A stretch of DNA of 64,000 nt, taken from assembly GCA_964016885.1 (NCBI GenBank), contig OZ024743.1, positions 314,340,001-314,404,000 of the forward strand. Direction: 5' to 3'. Positions 15,775 to 26,643 of the stretch are shown one piece after another. Under the pieces are notes generated by a model. It ran no database searches. It had not been told where the DNA came from and saw nothing but the letters and a program-made list of their open reading frames with translations. A program made the position numbers and the translations under genes. Origin of the DNA: Eledone cirrhosa (lineage: Eukaryota). Numbering within the stretch: position 1 is the first letter of the stretch; each line of letters starts with the position of its first letter.

Positions 15775-16393
15775 ACACACACACACACACACATACTTAT
15801 CTTAATAGCCATTTGACACACATCCCTGCTAACCATTATCACAACATCGAACACCTTACTACTACTACTACACACACACACACACACACACACACATATT
15901 TGTTGTGAAAGAGTCATTTCTCTATCTTGGCCCAAAACCAATTTTTATTCACATGACCTCTACCGACCAATCAAAATGGTTTTGACCACAAGAATTTTTG
16001 CAAACACCAAGTAGCGCTGGAGCCACTTTTTTAACATAAAAACAGTCTTGGCGCAAAATCAATTTTTTACATTCACATGACCTCTACCGACCAATCAAAA
16101 TTGTTTTGACCACAAGAATTTTTGCAACACGAAAGTAACGCTGGAGCCACTTTTTTAACATAAACACATGTAGAATTCCCCAAACTAATCAGATCAGAGC
16201 AGACAACACGGACAGTCTATCTCAAAATTATTTTTGAAAAGCATTTAGAAATGCGCAACCGGTAAAAGCTTAAAAACTTAAAACCACAACTGGATACTAA
16301 CCCATACAATCACTAATACTCTTTTATTCCTAATTAAACCATTTTTCAACTGTGAACAATTTGTCAGCATTTTCTATTCTGTTTACCAATATA
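14350..16393. repeat. ~2 kb inverted repeat (fold-back element)
   Basis: 14350-15190 is the reverse complement of about 15365-16393, including the GT/AC microsatellites. The right arm has an extra internal ~115-bp duplication. Confidence 0.92.
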
Positions 16394-16424
16394 TAATAAC
16401 TCGTGTGTTAGACCTCTATTCTTT

Positions 16425-16467
<43 letters not shown>

Positions 16468-16762
16468 AGGTTATATTTAATTTGTTGGGAAACAACAAGC
16501 AAAATATTTTTATAACTGATATAAAGGACTCAACAAACTATTGGAGGAAATATACTGTAAATAACAAATTATGGGAGTAAATATACTTTTTCCCTATTCC
16601 AACGGCTTAATTTAAATATGCTATTTTTAAACCTTTCCAACAGTAATCTGCATAATAAACCAAAAATAAATCTAATAACTCCACTATACAGGAGATTCCA
16701 ACCAGAATGGTTGCATTTTTTAAGAGTATGTCAATATTTATTTATAACACTAACCTATATTA

Positions 16763-16826
16763 TATTTTATCTGATGAAAGCGCACCATAGTTTGCTCTCG
16801 TAGCCCTTGAAATATGTATAATGAAA
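16763..16826 (+). ncRNA. Hammerhead-like motif
   Basis: CTGATGA AAG...CTT GAAA TATG TA. Stem I is weak. Confidence 0.55.
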
Positions 16827-17059
16827 TAAATATGGTTTTATAAATGTAGTTTTCATTTGTTAATATATTGTATATATATATTTCGTTTCTAAATTTGTTT
16901 AGCAAGATTCTTTATCTGAAAACGCGTGTTGAAACCGATATTGTTATACTTTGCCAATAAGAAACACACGCACCAGTTGCTTTCACTTCAATTTATTATA
17001 AATTAAATTTATAAATTTCCGGTTGGTTGGTTCCACAACCAGACGATTGTTCATATATT

Positions 17060-17102
17060 GTCAAAGTTCTTTCGTCACACATTCTGTGACCTCTTCAGTG
17101 AC
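17060..17102 (-). ncRNA. Type I hammerhead ribozyme (left arm)
   Basis: Exact reverse complement of 17217-17259. Confidence 0.85.
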
Positions 17103-17216
17103 TGGGGATTCTTTTCTTTGTTTTTGTGCCTCTCCTTTGTTCTGTCCTACGCCATCTTTTTTGATGGCGTAGGACAGAACAAAGGAGAGGCACAAAAACA
17201 AAGAAAAGAATCCCCA

Positions 17217-17259
17217 GTCACTGAAGAGGTCACAGAATGTGTGACGAAAGAACTTTGAC
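17217..17259 (+). ncRNA. Type I hammerhead ribozyme (right arm)
   Basis: GTCA CTGAAGA G GTCAC-AGAATGT-GTGAC GAAA GAAC TT TGAC. Confidence 0.85.
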
Positions 17260-17411
17260 AATATATGAACAATCGTCTGGTTGTGGAACCAACCAACCAA
17301 CCGGAAATTTATAAATTCCTAAATTTATAAATTTAATTTATAATAAATTGAAGTGAAAGCAACCGGTGCGTGTACTTCTTATTGGCAACATAACCCTCCC
17401 AAAGTATAACA

Positions 17412-17506
<95 letters not shown>

Positions 17507-17534
17507 TGTTTACACAACAGTTAGTTCACCGTAC

Positions 17535-17573
17535 CGAGAACAATTGTTTCACCTTAGAGGATCCTCAGCTAGT
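17535..17573 (-). ncRNA. Minimal hammerhead ribozyme motif
   Basis: Reverse strand TAG CTGAGGA TCC-TCTAA-GGT GAAA CAATTG TT CTC, with palindromic stem III ACAATTGT. Confidence 0.65.
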
Positions 17574-17819
17574 AATGGACATGGTTATACGGAACAGGAA
17601 CGACAACCGTACGAACGCGCATGCGCAGAAACGATTACGTCACACAGGTAATACTAAATTGCGTGCGAGGGGTATACGGGAGATAATTAATACAATGATA
17701 TTAAATAAATGGAAATATAATATTTATAAAACCATATCAGTTATAAACATATATATTTGTTGAATTACCAACAAATTAAATATCCCCTTTGCTTATATAT
17801 ATGTATAACAGTATATATA

Positions 17820-18520
17820 ACAGTAGCCACCAACATCATTAAGAAAAGTAAGCGCGACAATAGACAAACTATCGGGTTCTCTTCTCCCTTCTCTCTCAAC
17901 GTTAAAACCAATGTAGTAAAAACATTTCTAGCCCTCTTAGATAGACACTTCCCCATATGTCATAAATACCGCTCCATTTTAACTGACACCAAGTTAAACT
18001 AGGATACTCCTGCGCTAAGAACATGGAGGCCCACATCACCAGCACTCCTAGGAGCAACACCCCACCAGGGTGCTTTTGCCGTAAGCGTGAAGCTTGCCTC
18101 CTTCAACAGCAATGCAACACACCAACTGTAATCTATGAAGCTGTGGTCACTTCCAACCGATCAAACGAAACACAGGAGGTCAAATCCTATGTGGGCATGG
18201 CGGAGGGCCGATTCAAGGAGCGCTTCCTGAACCACCAGTCTACCTTCAGATACCCGGACAGTCGTTCATCCACGAAACTCGCGAGCCACGTATGGTCCCT
18301 CAAGGACTCAAGTATAAGCTACTCCATTCAATAGAAAGCCATCATTAAGTCCAAGCCAAACGCAACGGGAAATCCGACGTGTCGCTTATATATTGACGAA
18401 CGAATTATCTTTTGTAAAGAGATTACGCAATAGTGATTGCCTAAACACGAGGGTGGATTTTTCACACGTTGTCCACATGTCACGAAACATCTATTGCATA
18501 ACTACAAGGCTCCGAACTGA
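17820..18520 (+). mobile_element. Naiad-type PLE 3' fragment (GIY-YIG), degenerate
   Basis: PFSLNVKTN..LLDRHFP, CFCRKREAC..QC, VIYEAVV, YVGMAEGRFKERFLNHQSTFR, STKLASHVWSLK. Confidence 0.85.
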
Positions 18521-18536
18521 TTCATTATCCAGATCC

Positions 18537-18670
18537 AGATAACCAAAGATGTGGGTTCGACTCCCATGTACGGCAATACATCTTTTTCCATTTCTCCGAT
18601 GGTTATAAACCCCACTATCAGGCTAGAAATTTCTTTAGTCTAAAATACGGTGAAAGCTTATAATTTCTAA
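18537..18670 (+). repeat. Partial copy of the 260-bp tRNA-containing repeat
   Basis: GTGGGTTCGACTCCCATGTACGGCA...CTATCAGGCTAGAAATTTC. Reverse complement of part of 20926-21443. Confidence 0.8.
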
Positions 18671-18672
18671 TA

Positions 18673-18740
<68 letters not shown>

Positions 18741-19153
18741 GATATATGTGTGTGTGAGATTATGTGTGAGTATGTGTTTGTGTATATGTGTTTCACTATC
18801 TCTGACAATATGTATATATATATATATATAGAGAGAGAGAGAATGAGAGAGAGAGAGAGAGAGATAGTAAAGAAGAAGAAAACAGTAGAAAATACTAAAA
18901 GGATTTTCTCTCAGAATAACATCAAACATTTATTTACATAATAAGAATATCACCATTATTTGTACCGGTTTCAGCTTGTAGGCGTCTTTACATGACGGAA
19001 GTGTACAATGCAATTAAATTGCATATTAATAATAACAATAACAATATGGGAGGAAATTGTTTTTACATACATATATAAAGTGAAAAGTTCACATTTTTAT
19101 CTGTTGTTTTCTTTATTTATCTCTTAGTGTTCACCTCAGCTGTATCACCATTA

Positions 19154-19600
<447 letters not shown>

Positions 19601-19692
19601 ATTAATAACTCTGGAAAATTATTATCTGTAGAGTGCTTCCAATCTACTTTAAAACTTATTCTTTGATGTACTCATTGAACCTTGTTTAACTC

Positions 19693-19730
<38 letters not shown>

Positions 19731-19734
<4 letters not shown>

Positions 19735-20430
19735 AAAATAACGGACCAAAGAATTCGCGTATAATCCTGTAATTAAATTAGCTCAAAGGAAATAGTTTTC
19801 CTGGGCACTTTAAAATACAATATATAGAGAGGAAAGACACAGGAGAGTGTGTTTTTCAATACAGGAATTTAAAACCACCTGTAATGAAAAACACACTCTT
19901 CTGTGTCTTTCCCCTCTATATATTCTATTTTAACGTGTCCAGCAAATCTATCTCCTTTGAGGTCATTTAATTATAGGATTATACGCGAGTCCTTTGCTCC
20001 GTTATTTTTACTTGATATTTGCTCCTTGCGCTCCCCCTGCTGTTGAGCACCATACATTGAATAGTATAGGCTGCCATTTCTAGCAGCTTGTTCTGTTTAT
20101 GTCACCGGTTACTGCCCAGCGCACGCATTTCTCTTATGTCTACACGTGCGAAGGGTGGTTTACTTTAGTTCCCTCTGGTAGTGCTGACAATATCGGACTC
20201 CCACATGCTGATGACACACCGGGCTGTATTGGAACCCACTAAAATGGCGAAACATGCTCCTGGTGAGTGTGTACACGTGTGATTAAGGTGAGGTTGATTT
20301 CTCATTTGAATTTATACTTTTAATTTTAATGTTTTACCAATTCCTCTAGTAGCTTATATTATCTTCACGCTGGTGGTTTGAAATTCCTGTAATGAAAAAC
20401 ACGCTCTTCTGTGTCTTTCCCCTCTATATG
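19731..20430 (+). mobile_element. Non-coding ~500-bp terminally repeated element (family A) with inverted 5' segment and degenerate HHR
   Basis: Direct repeat of period 508 (19881 vs 20389). 19731-19880 is inverted. CTGATGA at 20208...GAAACATG at 20249. Second copy at 34899-35503. Confidence 0.75.
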
Positions 20431-20442
20431 TATTATATATAT

Positions 20443-20520
<78 letters not shown>

Positions 20521-20524
<4 letters not shown>

Positions 20525-20690
20525 CAGTTTCAGAAGATCCCGTTAAGGGTGAAAGCAGCGATTATTTGGTAAAACCTCAACCTGTTATTTTAATAAATAT
20601 TTGCTCTACGGTTTTTATATATATTTATATATATATAATCCTTATCGAGCCCTCTTCATATTTTAGTCTTCACATTTATTATTATTATTA
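20521..20690 (+). mobile_element. Short PLE-type pLTR element (family C) with degenerate HHR
   Basis: GTTT CAGAAGA TCCC-GTTAA-GGGT GAAA...TTGG TA AAAC. Relatives at 21560-21625 and 53794-53985. Confidence 0.65.
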
Positions 20691-20875
20691 TGGATTGGCA
20701 GTATCGGTAGAGGGTCGGACGCCATGCTTTCCAGCATAGTTACGTCCCTTTACGATCTGAGTTCAAATCCCGCCGAGGTTGACTTTGCCTTTCATCCTTA
20801 CGGGGTCGATAAAATAAAGTACCAGTAATGCACTGGGTAATTTGCTGGCCTTGTGCCTAAAGTATAAACAATTAT
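20690..20875 (+). mobile_element. tRNA-derived SINE
   Basis: TGGCAGTATCGG (A box), GAGTTCAAATCC (B box), GCCTTTCATCCTTACGGGGTCGATAAAAT and ATT tail. Confidence 0.9.
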
Positions 20876-20925
20876 TATATGTATAGAAATATATATGTAT
20901 ATATGTAACTACATTAATATATATA

Positions 20926-21443
20926 GGTATTTTTGACTAAAGAAATTTTAGCCTGATAATGGGGTTTAGAACCCTCAGATAAATGGAAAAAGATGAGTAT
21001 TGACGTACATGTGAGTCGAGCCCACATCTTTGGTTATCCAGACCACTGTGCTACCATTACACAAACACATCACCCATCTCCTTCCATTCAAATTAGAATC
21101 TACATTCTTAGCAAGTATAAATGACAATTAAGTATGTTTTGAAACAGTGAGCAAGTTTGATATTAGAAAATAGAATAGCTTTCACCGTATCTTTGACGAA
21201 AGAAATTTTAGCCTGATAATGGGGTTTAGAACCTTCAGATAAATGGAAAAAGATGAAGATTGATGTACATGGGAGTCGAACCCACATCTTTGGTTATTCA
21301 GACTACTGTGCTACCATTACACAAACACATCACCCATCTTCTTCCATTCAATTTAGAAGATACATTTGTAGCAAGTACAAATGACAAGTAAGTATGTTTT
21401 GAAACAGTGAGCAAGTTTGAAATTAGAAAATAGAATAGCTTTT
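20926..21443 (-). repeat. Tandem dimer of a 260-bp unit containing a tRNA-like cloverleaf
   Basis: AGAAATTTTAGCCTGATAAT at 20941 and 21201. tRNA-like segments at 21001-21071 and 21261-21331. Confidence 0.88.
21001..21071 (-). pseudogene. tRNA-like sequence (non-canonical anticodon loop)
   Basis: Acceptor GATGTGT/GTACGTC, D arm GTGT-AATGGTA-GCAC, anticodon arm TGGT-CTGGATA-ACCA, T arm consensus GTGGG-TTCGACT-CCCAT (intact in the 21261-21331 and 18537 copies) and a T5 run about 10 nt downstream. Confidence 0.7.
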
Positions 21444-21458
21444 TACTAGTCATATAGG

Positions 21459-21554
<96 letters not shown>

Positions 21555-21652
21555 ATGTTAGTGTATATATATAATCCTTATCGAGCCCGCTTCGAATTTT
21601 AGTCTACACATTTATTATTATTACTACACACACACACACAGACACACACACG

Positions 21653-21734
<82 letters not shown>

Positions 21735-23077
21735 CGTGTGTGTATGTATAGAAAGATACATATATATATGTAAATACATAATTATATTTATGTATATATA
21801 TATATATATCTATGTGTGAGTGTTTTTTTGTGTATATAATTTGTGTATATAATTATTGCTCGTTGTCCATCGATTCGATGGTATATCCCTCTCTATATAT
21901 GGATAACGCCTGTCATCAGCATACAGGTGTGATGCATTACATGGCCGACAGAACTAGGGTACAACCGATCACAAATAAATAATTATATTTTTGCTTATGC
22001 CTAGGAATATCATCTATGTTGAGTGCTATTCTTTCAATCTCCTTGTTATATGAAGTTGTCCACGTTGGGTTATTGCAGACAATACTAATATATTTTCTTT
22101 CAAACCTGCTTAGCTGCAGGTAACTCACAATCGTTCAATGGAATCATCGTTGGAACCCGATGTAACCCATTTGCCATTGGTTTATTTTATGGAGTGATGG
22201 AGTAATATATAACAATGTGAATAAAAGAAAACAAGAAACGAGTAAAATAAACCAGTGAAACTTTATGGAAATATCATTTCTAATGAAGCGGAAATTAAGA
22301 TCTACGACACATTATGTATGTAGCCTCGTCAAACAATACTTCTTTTCATTATTTACTTAATGATGTCAGATATATTTCCACTGCCATATAGACGACTTCA
22401 TGTTTTATAATATATATCTCGTGTCACTCTTAATGTAATTAGTAAAAATGTATTGAGAAAACATGACATCGAAAACAACTAAAACAATCATAAATCTACG
22501 ATATATTACATAAATAATATAATATAATATAATGATATATACTGTAATATATAGTAATATATATTAATAGGATATAAAGTAGGGGGTCGAAACACAACCA
22601 TCTCTAAGGAAACTTAATTCCATGGTATTCACAGACTTTCAAATAGTATTTCAAATAGAATATATGAAAATTAGGGTTATATAAGCACCTTTTCATCTCA
22701 CACACAAACCTCACAATTAAATTCCCTAATTTTCTATATTAATCATATAATCTTTAACACATATATACTAAGTGCTTATTGGTATGAAACATTTGATCAT
22801 ATTTCACTGTAGAAACCTTGTTTAAAACATCTGATGATTAAAGATAGCAAAACTATTGAGATATAAGACAATTGGTAGGTAGGTACCCCTCCAACAGGGT
22901 AAAATCACAACATTTCAATATGTGATAAATCAATTTTTTTTTTAGAAAATGCATACATTTGTTAATTGATTTTCATTAGTTTTTCAGTTTATTTCAGAGC
23001 TAAATTGTATTATAATTTTACAAAGATACCTACATAAATTTAAACTGTAATAATTTAAGTATATACAATTATATAAT

Positions 23078-23260
23078 TGTTTCTACTTTTGGCACAAGGC
23101 CATCAATTACCCAGTACATTACTGGTACTTTATTTTATCGACCCCCTAAGGATGAAAGGCAAAGTTAAACTCGGCGGGATTTGAACTCAGATCGTAAAGG
23201 GACGTAACTTTGCTGGAAAGCATGGCGTCCGACCCTCTACCAATACTGCCAATCGACCGC
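23078..23260 (-). mobile_element. tRNA-derived SINE, full length, ~15-bp TSD
   Basis: Family match. Flanked by ATACAATTATATAAT / ATATAATTATATAAT. Confidence 0.9.
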
Positions 23261-23377
23261 ATATAATTATATAATGGCAACTAGAAGTAAAAGCCGTATT
23301 TCAGCATTTGGATTTTCTACAGAATTTGCTACGACAATGACCCCATTAAATGTATTTCGACATTATTTATACATAAG

Positions 23378-23563
23378 GGCCATGGATTGGCAGTATCGGT
23401 AAAGGTTCGGACGTCATGCTTTGACGCATAGAGTTACGGCCCTTTCCATTCTGAGTTCAAATCCCACCGAGGTCAACTTTGCCTTTCATCCTTACGGGGT
23501 CGATAAAATAAAGTACCCGTAAAGTACTGGGTTATTGCTGGCCTTGTGCCAAAAGTAGAAACA
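23378..23563 (+). mobile_element. tRNA-derived SINE, full length, 16-bp TSD
   Basis: TSD ATTATTTATACATAAG at 23362-23377 and 23564-23579. Confidence 0.92.
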
Positions 23564-23599
23564 ATTATTTATACATAAGTAAACGTGAAGAACTGATAT

Positions 23600-24620
23600 A
23601 AAAAGCGTCACTCACAGCGAAGGAATGCGACCGTATTGTTGCTGAAGATGTGCAAACAATATGGGACAAAGTATGCATGCTCCATACAAATGAGCTTCCG
23701 TTTGGAGACGTATTTGAATCCATAGATGGAAACAAACAACAGGACCACGACCACCTTAATTGGCTTAATTGGGAATAAAATTAAAGAAGATGTAACAAAC
23801 TTAAAGATAATCAAATTTTCTGCAGTAAAAACTAAAGTGAAGGAATTGCCATTAAAAGTTGTTGATACTTTAAGCTGAGATCAAAAATATCTGTATGAAA
23901 TGTGCCTCAGTATTGAGACAAGGTTTGTGTCTGATCAGTTAGCAGCAAGACCACCTGGTCAAATCCATCATGCAAGGTGGTTAACACGTGCAAACAGAAT
24001 TCTTCGCTTATATGTATCGGAAAAAAATCCCCCCAAAATATTATGGATCTTGTTAATATCACAACGCGAGTTTATGCTCGAAGCTGGTTCTTGATTAAAT
24101 CTGACCCAAAGTTACATGAAGGTGCAAGTAATATTTGGTAAATACCACATCTAATGCAAGATATGAACCAAGATCATAAAGAAGTTATGGAGAAATTGTT
24201 AATAACTAATTCGTATTTTGCCCATCCGGAGAATAATTTACTGACTATACTGAATGATGCAAGAAGACAAATTAGGAAAGTAGCAATTCAGCGAATTATT
24301 AAAGCAAGAACTTTTCCCCAAATGCCCCGTGAAGAATTAAGAAATGTCAAAGCAAAGGATTATGTTGATTTGATTAACTGGGAAAATGAAGTTATAACAT
24401 CCCCTCCAATTTTAAGGAACTTTACAAATGTTGATCTTGTTAAAGCTCGTTCAGGACCATTTCCTGTCATAGCCAAGTAGTCGAGCATGCCTTCAATTTG
24501 ATGACAAAAGCTTCTGAAGTCAGAATAGTGTACGAAAATAGGCACAAATTCATATTAAATGTACAGAAATCAAGAAAAGTTTACCTCACTTTGACTGGAA
24601 AAGACAATGGTCATTTAATT
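23600..24620 (+). pseudogene. hAT-superfamily (hATm-like) transposase remnant
   Basis: PGQIHHARWLTRANRILRLYV, NSYFAHPENNLL, AKDYVDLINWE..TSPP and frameshifted CHSQVVE..TKAS. Confidence 0.8.
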
Positions 24621-25364
24621 AAATAGTAAATACTATTAATGCTTATTTTATGGTGTTCATATTTCGTTTGATTTACATTATTTATACGTTGAAAGTGCTT
24701 TTCTCAATATAGGCTTTTTTAATGAAAAAAAAAAAAAAAAAATACAAACTATATAAATAAATAGATTCTAATAACTGATTTTTTCAGGTGTGTATCTGGG
24801 GTGGGTGGGGGTGTTGCATATAATTTATAAGTTATATAGGTAATATTTAACCAATACAAAGTTTATAGCATTAAAACGAGTTTACAGTTCCTTAAATTTT
24901 CAGTATTCAAAACGCAGAATTAGTGGGGTGGGGGTGGGGAGTTATGCGAAGTTTAGGGGTGATTCCATACTGTTTAAAATTTGTTAATTTATTTCTCACA
25001 CCAAAATGAACACCCAGCAATATGTGGAATCAGAATATAATATGTCGTTCCCCCACCTAATATATAGTATACTGATATTTAGTAAGATGAACAAAATAAT
25101 ATATATTTAATATGGAATTATATATATATAATACATTATGTAGATAATACCTATATTTACTCGTATATATAGACGATTCTACCCATTCTTTAGGCTGACT
25201 CCAAGAATCAAAACGTAATTTAATAAGACTCTCTCTCGCTTTCTTTCACTCTCTTGTATATATATATATATATCGACAGTCGATCGACATTCGTCAAATC
25301 GGATCGAGGAAAAAATGTTTCCATCGGTCTTTCTTATTGCTAATACTATCTATCGGTCGCAACT

Positions 25365-25487
25365 CCAGGTAGAAGGAGCAATGTGAAATAAAGTGTCTTG
25401 CCCAAGGACATAACGCAGTGCCCGGTCCGGGAATCGAACTCACAACCTTATGATCGCGAATCTAATTATCTAACCACTCAGCCACGT
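25365..25487 (-). mobile_element. tRNA-derived SINE fragment (core-like family)
   Basis: GTGTCTTGCCCAAGGACA...GGGAATCGAACTC...CTAACCACTCAGCCACG. Confidence 0.8.
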
Positions 25488-25651
25488 ATATATATATATA
25501 TGTATATACATATATATATGTATATATATATACATATATATATGTATATGTATATATATATATGTATATATATATGTATATATATATATATACATATATA
25601 TATATACATATATATATATACATATATATATATACATATATATATATATAC

Positions 25652-25699
<48 letters not shown>

Positions 25700-26559
25700 A
25701 ATCAGTTAATTATGTGTAGCTGAATCGAGAATGATTTGAAACTAGACTGTGATTGTGCAAAATTATTTCTTACTGGGTCTGTATAAATACGGCGTTACCC
25801 CAATATAAAGCCATACGTATATTTATTTTTTTGAAATCTGAAATATTCATTAAGAAATCCTATGAAAGATAGAAATGTTATGTTGCATGTTTGAAACTAA
25901 AGCTAAATTAAGTAATCATTATGGGAGAGAGAAATGTTATTCGCAATGCTTCAGCGGGTTTTTTTCCTGTTATGCTGACGTGTGGTATCTTTGCTGCCAT
26001 GGTTAGTATCAAATTATGCTTTATTGTGTTTGTTTGTTTGTTTTTAACAAACTGATTGATTAATAGTCGCTCAAGTGCAATGTGCAGAAGTGAAGTGGAA
26101 TATCAGTTTAAATAAATTGCCAAGATAAATATAGTTCTCTCTTTGACTCTCGTTGTCTGTTTCCTTACATCTTGTTCTTCGTTGTTGCTTTTTCCATATT
26201 TGTTATTGTATGTTGCTGCTTTGTTTGTTGTTATATGTTGCTGTTTCGTTGTTTGTTGGAATATCTTGCAGTTTCTTTACTGTTCCTTCCAGTGTTCTTT
26301 ACATTTGGCGATTGTTGTTGTTTTCCTTGTTTGTTACTTTCGTTGTTGTTTTTGTATTTTCTGTTGTAGTTTCGTTTGTTCCGTTTTAAAAATTGATAAT
26401 AAAATGTTGTTTGTTACTAATAATATCACATCTCTCCTGCTGACAGATGAAATCATGAGGCCATAAATACAATTTAAATTACTTGAGTACCTTGAAGATG
26501 TTTAAGAATAATGCTGATGTTAAAATAATAATAAAATAATAATAATAATAATAATAATA

Positions 26560-26643
26560 TTTTTTCTACTTTTGGCACAAGGCCAGTAATTACCCAGTGC
26601 ATTAGTGGTACTTTATTTTATCGACCCCGTAAGGATGAAAGGC
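26560..26643 (-). mobile_element. SINE 3' half, interrupted by the L1/Tx1 element
   Basis: Family match. A 5' portion of the SINE resumes at about 31298. Confidence 0.8.

Larger units (their letters stand above)
16951..17388. mobile_element. Near-perfect fold-back element with an HHR in each arm
   Basis: Arms mirror around a T6 loop at 17157-17162. Confidence 0.92.

Noticed and set aside
21001-21331. Functional tRNA genes
   Set aside because: Anticodon loops differ between copies, position 37 is U and several stem mismatches are present. Treated as tRNA-derived repeat.
22580-25059. Candidate TAGG terminal inverted repeats for the hAT remnant
   Set aside because: The match is only a few bases and no 8-bp TSD is evident.
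26130-26470. Hydrophobic Cys/Val/Phe-rich ORFs
   Set aside because: GT-rich low-complexity strand bias. The opposite strand has stops, so this is probably decayed TE sequence.
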